Shown here in pieces: positions 37,960 to 46,975 of a stretch of 64,000 nt of DNA; within the stretch, counting starts at the first letter, position 1, and each line of letters starts with the position of its first letter. A program made the translations under genes and the position numbers. Below the pieces are notes generated by a model. It made no database searches. It was not told the origin of the DNA and saw only the letters and a list, made by a program, of their open reading frames with translations. The stretch comes from Planctomycetota bacterium (lineage in GTDB: Bacteria > Planctomycetota > UBA8108 > SXIK01): NCBI GenBank assembly GCA_965223845.1, contig CBDCXR010000004.1, positions 3,787,334-3,851,333 of the forward strand. Direction: 5' to 3'.

Positions 37960-39678
37960 TCAATCGATCCCGAGCTCGATCTGAAGCCGCTCGAGGAGGA
38001 CGCGCTCGTACTCCGTCATGCTCGTCGCATCTGAACTCGCCGCTCTCGCCGCCTCGAGCGCTTCGTCGATGTTCCGAAGCTGTTGGTGAGCGATCGCGAG
38101 ATAGAGGAGGTTCGCACCGGCGGGAAAGAGCTCGGCGGCGCGCGTGAGATTTGCGATCGCCTCTTCCTCGTCCGCACCGAGGCGGAACTGAATCCAACCG
38201 AGGGTGTTGAGGACGATGCCTTCGAGTTCGGCGGGATCGATGGATCCACCGAAACTCTCCCAAAACTCCGGACGGCGCCCTCGAACGAGGCGCAGAGCTT
38301 CGGTCGCAATCCTCTCGGCAGTGACGAGTTCATCGTCGTCCATCGCCATGAACCAAGCGAGGTTGTTCGCGTCGTGCGCGCGAGCGAGCCACTGTGCCTG
38401 CGCCTTTTTTCCGGCCTCGTATCGGTGGCGGTAGATCTCTACGATGGTCGCGCGCACTTTGGCTGCGCGCGTCTCGAACCGAACCGCGCGAAGCATGTCG
38501 TGAAGCACGAATCCGACTTCCGCTTTTGCCGTGCTCCCGAAGGCGTCCCAGATTCTGATCGCTTGGTCGAGCATTCGTTCGACCGTGCCTTCGAGCGCCT
38601 CGACCTCTTCCGGCGCCGCGTTCTCTGCGAGCGCATCGCGCAGCTCCTTTCGGGCTCGAATGGCCCGGTAGAGGGAGTCGCGGACGAAGTATTCGACGTA
38701 CTCGGGAACTTCGGTCACATCGACGAGACGCCGCACCGACTCGAGATCCGCGTCGCCCCGGTGGAGCGCGGCCCGGAGAGGACGCCACTCGCGCCAAACC
38801 GGATGATGGACGGGAAAGACGGAGTAGGTTCCGAAGAGCACAAACGCCGCCCAAACGGCGACCGTCGCCGCGGCGCGTACGGGTCGAACGCTCGGGATCG
38901 CGCGAGCGAACGCGAGGAATCCGAGGACGGATCCCGTGACGAATCCCCCGAGGTGCGCGCTCGTCGCAATCCGAACCTCATCGCCCGCGAACGAACGTAT
39001 GAGTGCGCCGGTGATGAAGTGGTCGGCGATGAGAATCGTCGGGACGATCAGGAAGTACCGGCCACGAACGCGGAGTCGACCGTTCCGGACGTATCCGAAC
39101 ATGGCGACGAGCAACGCGCCGACGAGACCGTAGAGCGCACCCGACGCTCCGACTCCCAACCCCGAGGAAAACGCCTGGAACGCGAATCCGCCGCCGAGGG
39201 CACTCGCGAGGTAGAGCGTGAGGAATCGCGCGCGTCCGAGCCGAGGCTCGAGACGGATTCCGAACAGGTAGACGCCGAGCATGTTGAGGGCGATGTGCCC
39301 GAAGAACCCGTGCAGAAACGTCGCGGTGAGGATCCGCCAGTATTCGCCGTCCCAAACGCTGATCTGGAACTGCGCCCCGAGCTGCTCGATCGCCGGACTG
39401 CGCGCTTGGAGCCCGTAGACGATCACGTTCGCGAGGATGATCGCCATCGTGACCGGCGCGCGGCCGCGCCGGCGAGGCCTCTGCACGTCGCGACGCGGCG
39501 ACGCCTCCTCGGAGAACGTGTCGGCCGAGCCGTCCTCGCTCGTCGGCGGCGAGCGATCGGTTCCGAGCGGTCCCGACGCGCGCGGCGAATGGATCTCGTG
39601 ACTCTCGCGGCCGGGAACGGGCGGCGGAGTCGACGATCCCAGATGGAACTTCTCGTCCTCTCGCTCAGGCGCGGGCAT
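37960..39678 (-). CDS. rhomboid family intramembrane serine protease with ~300-aa C-terminal helical (TPR-like) domain
   Basis: WRILTATFLHGFFGHIALNM, catalytic GASGALYG, and AHLGGFVTG. The C-terminal half is soluble, helical and repeat-like. The start overlaps the trkH stop by 14 nt. Confidence 0.85.
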   Translation of the reverse strand: MPAPEREDEKFHLGSSTPPPVPGRESHEIHSPRASGPLGTDRSPPTSEDGSADTFSEEASPRRDVQRPRRRGRAPVTMAIILANVIVYGLQARSPAIEQLGAQFQISVWDGEYWRILTATFLHGFFGHIALNMLGVYLFGIRLEPRLGRARFLTLYLASALGGGFAFQAFSSGLGVGASGALYGLVGALLVAMFGYVRNGRLRVRGRYFLIVPTILIADHFITGALIRSFAGDEVRIATSAHLGGFVTGSVLGFLAFARAIPSVRPVRAAATVAVWAAFVLFGTYSVFPVHHPVWREWRPLRAALHRGDADLESVRRLVDVTEVPEYVEYFVRDSLYRAIRARKELRDALAENAAPEEVEALEGTVERMLDQAIRIWDAFGSTAKAEVGFVLHDMLRAVRFETRAAKVRATIVEIYRHRYEAGKKAQAQWLARAHDANNLAWFMAMDDDELVTAERIATEALRLVRGRRPEFWESFGGSIDPAELEGIVLNTLGWIQFRLGADEEEAIANLTRAAELFPAGANLLYLAIAHQQLRNIDEALEAARAASSDATSMTEYERVLLERLQIELGID

Positions 39679-41146
39679 GCGAAGTCTCGCTCAACGATCC
39701 GCGGAGCTGGAGCTTCCGCCACACGTCCGGATGAAGAAGCGCCAGCACGGCGACGATTTCGAGACGTCCGACCCACATCGCGCCGGTGAGGACGAGCTTG
39801 CTCGCCGTGGGCAGGTCGGCAAAGTTCCCCATCGGTCCGACGCTCTGAAACCCCGGTCCGATGTTCCCGAGACACGCGAGCGATGCGGAAAACCCGGTGA
39901 CGAGATCGCTCCCGAAGAGGACGAGGACCGATCCAACGAGAAGATAGCCGAGGAGGTAGAGTCCCCAGAGTGTGACCACCGCGCGCAGAATCTCCGTGGG
40001 AATCGTCCGCTCGCCGTAGCGGATCGGCAACACCGCACGAGGGTGCAGCACTCGCGTGAGCTCGCTCCAAAAAAGCTTGAGCACGAGAAGGAGTCGAATC
40101 GCTTTCGCACCGCCCGCCGCAGATCCAGCGCAGCCTCCCACGAGCATCACGAGCACGAGCAGCACCTTCGCCGAGTCGCCCCAGAGAGCGTAATCCGCGC
40201 TCGCGTAGCCGGTGCTTGAGATCAAGCTCGCCGACTGAAAGAGCCCTAGGCGCACGCGCTCCGCCATCGACCCGCCATCGACGAGTGCGGCGACACCGAG
40301 ACCGCCAAAGACCGCGACACCGATGTAGAAGAGAAACTCGCCATCGCGAAAGACGACGCTCGGGCGCTGCGTGAACGCTCGGTACTGGAGTGTAAAGCTC
40401 GCTCCCGCCAGCAACATAAAGACGATGATAATCCACTCTGCGGCGGGATTCTGGTATCCCGCGATCGACTGCCCGTTCGGAGAGAATCCGCCGGCCGCGA
40501 GCGTCGTCAGGCTGTGGACGAACGCGTCGTAGGGCGACATCCCCGCGATGATGAGCGCAACCGTCTCGATGCCGGTGAGGATCGAGTAGAGCGCCCAGAG
40601 CCGCTGAGCGGTCGAGCGAATCTGCGGCGTGAGCGGCTCCGAAGCAGCGCCCGACGCCTCGGCGAAAAAGAGCTGGCGCCCGGCGATCCCGAGGCGCGGG
40701 AGAACCACGACGAAGAGCGCGATGACACCCAAGCCGCCGAACCACTGCGTCATCGCACGCCAGAGAAAAAACGCGCGCCCGTAGCGCGGATCATCGAAAT
40801 CCCGCAGGATCGTCGCGCCCGTCGTCGTGAATCCCGACATCGACTCGAAGAACGCATCGACGATCGGGAGACCGGAAAAGATGAAGGGCAGAGAGCCGAT
40901 GAGAGCGACGACGAGCCAGGTCCCCGAGACGACTCCCATCGCCTCGCTGCGGCGAAAGACGGAGACTCTACGGTAGCCGAGACTGAACAGAACGCCGATC
41001 GTCAACGCCGCGGCGAGTGCGATGGCAAACTGACCGACCGACGCCCACTCGCGATCGTACGCCGCGAGTAGCATCGGAAGGACGAAGGCGACGCTGAAGT
41101 AGCGAAGAAGGTGACCGATGACGCCGAGAACGAGGAGGATGCGCAC
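39665..41146 (-). CDS. trkH: Trk/Ktr-type potassium uptake membrane subunit
   Basis: Multi-TM with pore-loop motifs SGFTTTGATIL, AAGGFSP, SSTGYAS and GNIGPG. Confidence 0.9.
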   Translation of the reverse strand: MRILLVLGVIGHLLRYFSVAFVLPMLLAAYDREWASVGQFAIALAAALTIGVLFSLGYRRVSVFRRSEAMGVVSGTWLVVALIGSLPFIFSGLPIVDAFFESMSGFTTTGATILRDFDDPRYGRAFFLWRAMTQWFGGLGVIALFVVVLPRLGIAGRQLFFAEASGAASEPLTPQIRSTAQRLWALYSILTGIETVALIIAGMSPYDAFVHSLTTLAAGGFSPNGQSIAGYQNPAAEWIIIVFMLLAGASFTLQYRAFTQRPSVVFRDGEFLFYIGVAVFGGLGVAALVDGGSMAERVRLGLFQSASLISSTGYASADYALWGDSAKVLLVLVMLVGGCAGSAAGGAKAIRLLLVLKLFWSELTRVLHPRAVLPIRYGERTIPTEILRAVVTLWGLYLLGYLLVGSVLVLFGSDLVTGFSASLACLGNIGPGFQSVGPMGNFADLPTASKLVLTGAMWVGRLEIVAVLALLHPDVWRKLQLRGSLSETSHARA

Positions 41147-41319
41147 GGCTAGAAGCTCGCTCCACGGGCGCCCCGGGCCGGACGCCGGTGGATCCGCCGC
41201 GACGGTCGTCGCTGCGCGCGCGCGCCATCGCGACGACTCGCGAGACGGAGCGAGCTCGACGTGGAGGGGACCGACCGTCGTTCAATGCGAATCGATGGGC
41301 TCACCGTGCTCACGACTCC

Positions 41320-42663
41320 TCACACCGTCCGACTCAGGAAGAAATTCCGCGCTTCTTCCTCGAACTCGCGCGTGCAAAAGAGAAGAACTCGATCGTCCGC
41401 GAGGATCTCGTCGCTTCCCTTCGGAATGATGACGTCGGCACCGCGAAGGATCGCGCCGACGATCACGAACTCCGGGACCTTCAGCGAAAAGAGCGGGGTC
41501 CCCGGATAGTCGCTCGGGAGTCGCACCTCGAGCACCATCGCGTCGCCGTGCTCGAGCTCGGCGAGAAGCTCCGTGCCGGAATCGGAGATGCACTTGAGCA
41601 CACTCCGGATCGCCGCGCCGCCCGCCGAACGCACGACGTCGATGCCGACGCGCTCGAACAGGCGCTCGTTCGCTTGCGAACCCGCGCGCGTGACGATTCG
41701 AGGCACGTTGAGCTGCTTCGCGAGCAACGAGACGAGGAGATTCTTCTCGTCGTTCGACATCACCGCGATGAGGACGCTGGCGTCCGCGATGCGCTCCTCT
41801 TCGAGGAGATCGATGTCGGCCCCGTCGCCGTGGAGGACGAGAGAATTGAGCACGCGAGCCACTTCTTCGCAGCGCGTGCGATCCGACTCGATCAACTTCA
41901 CCTGCCAGCCGGCGTCTTCCATTCCCAGCGCGACCGCCAATCCGACCTCGCCCCCGCCGACGACGGTCGCCCGGCGCGCATCGCGCGAGCCGTTCTCCGA
42001 TTTCAAGTATTTGAAGAGGAGCCGGTTCATGTCACCGGGGTTTCCCATCGCGGTGATCTTGTCGCCGGGCTGGAACTCCGTGTTGCCCTTCGGGATGAAG
42101 ATCTCGTCGCCCCGACGAGCCATCACGAGGACGACTCCGCTCGGCACTCCGACTTCCATGAGCCGTCCGCGCGTGACCGGAGCGCCCTCCTCGACGGCGT
42201 GCCGGAACAACTTGACCTTTCCGCCGACGAACGCCTCGACGTCGAGTGCACCCGGGACCGCGACGATCCGCAGGATCTCCTTCGCGAGTTGCTCCGCCGG
42301 CCGGAGCACGTGATCGATGCCGAGCGATTCTGCGAGCGCGGCCGCGCTCCCGACCGCGCCGTGAAAGTCCGATCGGAAGAGGAGGCAGATCGTTTTCTCC
42401 ACGCCGAGCCGCTTCGCGACCACGCAGGCGACGAGATTCTGCTCGTCGTGAGCCGAACACGCGATGAAGACGTCCGCGCTCGCGATCCTCGCGCGGTGGA
42501 GAGTCTCCGTCGACGAGATCAGCCCCGGGACCGTCTCGACATCGAGTCGATCGAATCTCCCGCCGCTTTCCTTCGACGTGACGAGGACGACGCCGTGGTC
42601 GGTCATCGTCGCCTCCGCGATGCGGAAGGCGATCTCGTCGTCTCCAGCGATGACGATATTCAT
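41320..42663 (-). CDS. trkA: Trk system potassium uptake protein TrkA (tandem RCK)
   Basis: Two RCK_N/RCK_C units. The second Rossmann motif is canonical (TVVGGGEVGLAVA). The first is degenerate (IVIAGDDEIAF). Confidence 0.9.
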   Translation of the reverse strand: MNIVIAGDDEIAFRIAEATMTDHGVVLVTSKESGGRFDRLDVETVPGLISSTETLHRARIASADVFIACSAHDEQNLVACVVAKRLGVEKTICLLFRSDFHGAVGSAAALAESLGIDHVLRPAEQLAKEILRIVAVPGALDVEAFVGGKVKLFRHAVEEGAPVTRGRLMEVGVPSGVVLVMARRGDEIFIPKGNTEFQPGDKITAMGNPGDMNRLLFKYLKSENGSRDARRATVVGGGEVGLAVALGMEDAGWQVKLIESDRTRCEEVARVLNSLVLHGDGADIDLLEEERIADASVLIAVMSNDEKNLLVSLLAKQLNVPRIVTRAGSQANERLFERVGIDVVRSAGGAAIRSVLKCISDSGTELLAELEHGDAMVLEVRLPSDYPGTPLFSLKVPEFVIVGAILRGADVIIPKGSDEILADDRVLLFCTREFEEEARNFFLSRTV

Positions 42664-42789
42664 GGGCTACGAATGCGCACGGTCGGTGCTCGGACTCGGC
42701 GGCGGGTTCCCGAACGGTCGGCTCTCGTCGCCCGGCGGGAGCGAGCGAGGGCTCGGGTACACGTGGCCCGTCACGTTTTCGGAACAGAG

Positions 42790-42818
42790 ACGGTAGGAGA
42801 CGTCCCAAACCCTGTCAA
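42790..42818 (-). promoter_or_regulatory. candidate sigma70-type promoter for trkA-trkH-rhomboid
   Basis: The minus strand reads TTGACA (42818-42813), a 17-nt spacer, then TACCGT (42795-42790). It lies about 125 nt upstream of the trkA ATG. Motif match only. Confidence 0.3.
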
Positions 42819-42932
42819 GCGCCCTCGGCTCACGCCGGACCCGAGCACGGGAGTCCCACCCTCCTTCTTCGGCGGCCGCCATCTGCTCGCTTGAACCGAT
42901 CGTCGGGTCTCACCGCTTCGAACCGCACCCGA

Positions 42933-44372
42933 TCAAGCGAGGAAGCCGAGAGGAGCGAAGTACCCGTCGCGATCGTCGGCCGCGAGACGCCCGTAGCCGG
43001 GAATGATCTCGCCGATCCTGGACGCCGGATCCCCGAGATGTTGCGTGAGGATCTCGTGGTAGACCGCGCGAAAATCCGTGCGGTGCGCCAGATACCGGCC
43101 GTTTGCGGTGGAGAAGAGATCGCCGTTCTCCCAGCGGTCCGGAGAACAGTTGTAGACGCCCCCGCGCACTCCGCCTCCGAGGGCGAACAGACAGGCGGCC
43201 TCGCCGTGATCGGTCCCCCCGTTCGCGTTCTGGAGCGATGTGCGGCCGAATTCCGTCAGGGTGACGATCAGGACGTCGTTCCAGATCGGCTTCAAGTCGA
43301 AGTAGAGCGCCGTGAGCGCCGCGCCGAGATCGCGAAGAAGTCGAGGAAACGCGGTGACCTGATTCCCGTGCGTATCGTAGTTCCCTTGGTTGCAGCCCGT
43401 GATCTGCAGTCCGTCGACCTGCTTGAGGAGCCGCGCGCAGTCCGCTACGAATCCCGCAAACGCTCGGTCGCTGATGGCAGCGTAGTGCGGCACGGCGTTC
43501 GGCTCCGGATCGTACGGCGCCTCGCGGACGTGAGTCTCGAAGAACTCGAGACTCTCGAGCAGGGTACGCCCGGTCGAGTAGGCGAGCGTCTCGTATGGGA
43601 TCGTCCGCGTAAGACTTCGACCGTACGCGCCCTTGAGGCCGGATCCGATCGGCGGCGCAGCGTTCGGAAACTCGCCGAGCGGCACTCCGGCGGGGAGGGC
43701 GTAGTCGGCGACGGAGCGCAAGACCGGAACGAGGGTCGGTCCCTTCATGAGAACGACTTGGTTGCCGCTGAGTGTCGCGGCGCGCATCGGGTTCGCAGGA
43801 TCAGGATACGCCGTCAGGTAGCGGTTGAACACGCCGTCCTCGCGTGTCGTCTCGCCCGGGAGGCCATTCTCCCAAAACTGCTGGCTCGAAAAGTGCGAGC
43901 GGTTCTGCTCGGCGTAGCCGACGCGGTGAAGAACAGCGAGCTGCGGCCCGCGTTCGTCGAGCCGACCATGAAAGATATCAGCGAGCCGCGGTGCGCCGTC
44001 GCCCGACTCATCGACCGTCGGGTAGAAGTGAGCGAATCCGTTGAGATCGTGCGTCCGCGCCCGGTCCGGACGGAGCTGTGGACGTGCCTCCTCGAACGTC
44101 GGCGCACGCCCGGAGATCCCGGGGTCGCCGTAAGGAATCACCGCCTGGACGCCGTCGAGTCCTCCGCGAAGGAAGATGAAGAGGATCTTCTTCCGCCTCC
44201 CGGCGGGATCGACCGCCGCTGGCTCGCCCGCAAGAGCCGTACCGATCGTCCGGTGAAAAGGCGCCGGAACGCCGAAGCCCAACGCGGCGAGAGACGCCGC
44301 ACTCCAGCGGCAGAATCTGCGCCGACCGAATCGACGAAGCGGATTCCAGATTCGTTCTTCAGATGAATTCAT
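42933..44372 (-). CDS. DUF1501 domain protein (sulfatase-fold, TAT signal)
   Basis: Twin-arginine N-terminus RRFGRRRFCRWSAASLAALG. KILFIFLRGGLDG and TEFGRT...NGGTDHG are family-typical. ATGA overlap with the DUF1800 stop. Confidence 0.9.
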   Translation of the reverse strand: MNSSEERIWNPLRRFGRRRFCRWSAASLAALGFGVPAPFHRTIGTALAGEPAAVDPAGRRKKILFIFLRGGLDGVQAVIPYGDPGISGRAPTFEEARPQLRPDRARTHDLNGFAHFYPTVDESGDGAPRLADIFHGRLDERGPQLAVLHRVGYAEQNRSHFSSQQFWENGLPGETTREDGVFNRYLTAYPDPANPMRAATLSGNQVVLMKGPTLVPVLRSVADYALPAGVPLGEFPNAAPPIGSGLKGAYGRSLTRTIPYETLAYSTGRTLLESLEFFETHVREAPYDPEPNAVPHYAAISDRAFAGFVADCARLLKQVDGLQITGCNQGNYDTHGNQVTAFPRLLRDLGAALTALYFDLKPIWNDVLIVTLTEFGRTSLQNANGGTDHGEAACLFALGGGVRGGVYNCSPDRWENGDLFSTANGRYLAHRTDFRAVYHEILTQHLGDPASRIGEIIPGYGRLAADDRDGYFAPLGFLA

Positions 44373-46798
44373 TGGAGCTGAAATTGAGGCAAACTAGCGA
44401 GGAATGCGGTCACGGCGCGGACGCGATCGACGGCTCCCGCTTCGCGGTAGATCTCGAGCGCGAGCTCGCGATGCTCGACGGGGAGGGCTTGGCCGTGGAG
44501 GAGGAGCGCGAAAAACTCGACCACTCGCTCCCCGCTGTCGAGCGCCCACTGCCGCTGAAACGAGAGCGGATTCCACACGAACCGCCGATCGGCCGGAGAC
44601 CCGGGGTGGATTCCGCGGCTGAGATACTTGAGCCGCTCGAGGAGTCCGATCGTGTGCATCCAGTCGAAGCCGAGCTCCGACTCCCCCGTCGGATCGGCGA
44701 ACTCGAAGAGCTCCATTCCCGCGAGAGTGAGCTCTCGCGACGCGCGAATTCCGTCGTTGACGCTCAAGCCTCCGTCTAGCGCCCGTACCGCGCTCACAAT
44801 CGTCTCGAGCGGTGTCTTTACCTTGGCGCAGGCGTACTCGAGGCTCAGGAACTCGTCCGAGCGAAGGATCGTCCGCACGACCTCGCGCAAGTCTCCGTTC
44901 GAGTGCGCCCACGCGTCGATGACGTCGACGAGAAGATCCGGCTCTTGGTACTCGCGCGGAGAGATTCGCTCGTCCGCGTTCGTGTCGAGTCGGCGAAAGA
45001 CCGCGAGCGGTCTCCCATTCGGAAGAACGAGCGGGATCGGCATCTCCCACTCGTCGAGATCGAGCAATCCGTCACCATCGGAATCGACGCTCTCGAAGTG
45101 CGCAGCGAGCTCGGCGCGGAGAGGGTATGTGCGAGGAAGAGCGGAAAGATCGTCCGTCACGAAGAGCTGGATCAGCTTCGTTCCGACGAACTTCGCCGTG
45201 TCGCGGAAATGCGCGATTCGTCGCAAGACGAGGTCGAACTCCTCGACCGCCCGCTCCGGCGTCCGCTGATCTTCGTTGGCGGGAATCGTGAGCGCCGCCC
45301 GCGGCGGAACGGGGTTCCCGAGCGAGTCGACGCCCCCGTAGCGCGGGAGGAACAGATCTTTTCGCCCCCAATCGTGGCCGCCGTCTCGGAGTCCGGGATG
45401 GCCGAACGCGAAGGCCCACACGTACGTCCCGTCGTCCCAATTCGCCCGCGCCGGGAAGGCAAACGGCCGAGGCTCGCGCCCATCGATCGGGAATCGCGGG
45501 AGGTCGGGCTGGTCGTGAAAGCCGATGTCGTGCGGAAAAAAATGCCGCCGCTCGACCCACGCGACCGTCCAGCCCGTAAGGATGCGCGAGAGCTCCTCGA
45601 TGTCGCGCTGAGTGTACAGATGGTCCACGCCGAGCGTCGACAGCTCAAGCACTTCGCGCGCGTAGTTCTCATTCGGGGCTGCGGCGGTATTCTCGAAGCC
45701 GTTCAAGTAGATGAGCATCGCAACGCTCTTCGCCGAACCTTCGACGAGATCCGCAAAGCTCCCGAGCGCGTGACGCCGAAAGTACTCGTACTCTCGGCGC
45801 TCCATGTCCGCGGCGACAGCGAGCTGAGCGGCGCCGGTTCCGTACTTCCAGTACGCGACCGGAGCGAACTCGAACTCGGCGGGACTCAGCGTGCCGTCGG
45901 CCGTCGAGCGACCGAACTCCGCGAAGCTACGCACACCGGGATGCGCCGCGCGAAACTCACTCCACTCGCCGGCGTCGATCGTGCCGGAGCCGTCGCCATC
46001 GACGTGCCGAAACAGCTCCGCCGAACCGCGCGCGGCGACCCCCCCGCGTCGCATCCGTCCAAAAAAGAGGTCGCGGAGGGTCGTGATCTGAGTGTGAAAG
46101 TGGTTGTTCCAAAACAGCGCGAGGACGTGGAGCAGCTGCCACCGGCTCGAACGCGCGTTTTCGATCAGCATCGCTTCGAGGCGCTCGATGGGCGCGCCCG
46201 ACACCGGATCGCGAAAGCCGATGCGGAGACGATCGATGCGCTGCGCGAGCTCGGGTTCGTGGCCGACCGGATCGTAGTCGACCGGGGGGCGCAGCTGATC
46301 CTCGATATACCGCTCGAGATCGGCGCGCGTTTGAATCCGGGCGAGCAACTCCTCGTTTGGGCCGAACGTGATTCTTCTCAGTGCATGAGCGATGAGCGCG
46401 GTGTCGTCCGGGCACAGCTCGTACTTCGAGCAGCCTAGGTACCCAGAGTTGCGATCGACGCCGCAGGCGACCGGCCCCGGAGGAGCGGGCGGTGGCAGGT
46501 CGCCGAAGAGATGGCCGAGGAGATAGAGCGCATCGGAAATGTCGACGCCATCGTCGTCGTTCGCGTTGGCGGCTTCGACGCACGTCCCGCGACGGCTCTC
46601 CGCGAAGAGTGCGTTCAACACGAAGATCGGATCGGCGACGTTGACCGCACCGTCTGCGTTGGCGTCGCCGCGGCGAAACTGAACCCGGCGAACGAAGGAA
46701 TCTCCGAGCGTCGCGACCAACGGAAGGAGCGTCAAGCAGGTGACGCGCGCCGCGACCGCCAACCCTCCCCCGAACATCCTCTGTCGCTGCTCGCGCAT
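44369..46798 (-). CDS. DUF1800 domain protein with N-terminal dockerin-like module and inserted EF-hand loops
   Basis: DUF1800 blocks LFWNNHFHT, MLIYLNG...NENYAREVLELSTLGV...RILTGW. N-terminal dockerin-like module. Inserted DGDGSGTIDAGEW, DSDGDGLLDLDEW and DTNADERISPREY loops. Start MREQ (46798) or MFGGG (46777). Confidence 0.85.
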   Translation of the reverse strand: MREQRQRMFGGGLAVAARVTCLTLLPLVATLGDSFVRRVQFRRGDANADGAVNVADPIFVLNALFAESRRGTCVEAANANDDDGVDISDALYLLGHLFGDLPPPAPPGPVACGVDRNSGYLGCSKYELCPDDTALIAHALRRITFGPNEELLARIQTRADLERYIEDQLRPPVDYDPVGHEPELAQRIDRLRIGFRDPVSGAPIERLEAMLIENARSSRWQLLHVLALFWNNHFHTQITTLRDLFFGRMRRGGVAARGSAELFRHVDGDGSGTIDAGEWSEFRAAHPGVRSFAEFGRSTADGTLSPAEFEFAPVAYWKYGTGAAQLAVAADMERREYEYFRRHALGSFADLVEGSAKSVAMLIYLNGFENTAAAPNENYAREVLELSTLGVDHLYTQRDIEELSRILTGWTVAWVERRHFFPHDIGFHDQPDLPRFPIDGREPRPFAFPARANWDDGTYVWAFAFGHPGLRDGGHDWGRKDLFLPRYGGVDSLGNPVPPRAALTIPANEDQRTPERAVEEFDLVLRRIAHFRDTAKFVGTKLIQLFVTDDLSALPRTYPLRAELAAHFESVDSDGDGLLDLDEWEMPIPLVLPNGRPLAVFRRLDTNADERISPREYQEPDLLVDVIDAWAHSNGDLREVVRTILRSDEFLSLEYACAKVKTPLETIVSAVRALDGGLSVNDGIRASRELTLAGMELFEFADPTGESELGFDWMHTIGLLERLKYLSRGIHPGSPADRRFVWNPLSFQRQWALDSGERVVEFFALLLHGQALPVEHRELALEIYREAGAVDRVRAVTAFLASLPQFQLQ
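46406..46684 (-). other. dockerin-like double EF-hand module, copy 1 (N-terminal, DUF1800 protein)
   Basis: VQFRRGDANADGAVNVADPIFVLNALF...TCVEAANANDDDGVDISDALYLLGHLFG...PPPAPPGPVACGVD...C. Confidence 0.7.
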
Positions 46799-46975
46799 TC
46801 GAGTTTCGTCTCTCGCTTCGCCGGCCGATGGCACCGGTGATCTAACCGCGCATCCTCCGTCTTTCTTGTACCCGAGAACGATCTCTCGTGCGCCTCCGAA
46901 CCGCGCGCGACCTTGGCTCGGGTCGGAACTCGTGAGACGATGGCGAGAACGAAACGGCTCCGAGTTCCATCGACA

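Noticed and set aside
42667-42882. 71-aa minus-strand ORF immediately upstream of trkA
   Set aside because: No recognisable features. It contains the candidate trkA promoter and leader and is more likely untranslated.
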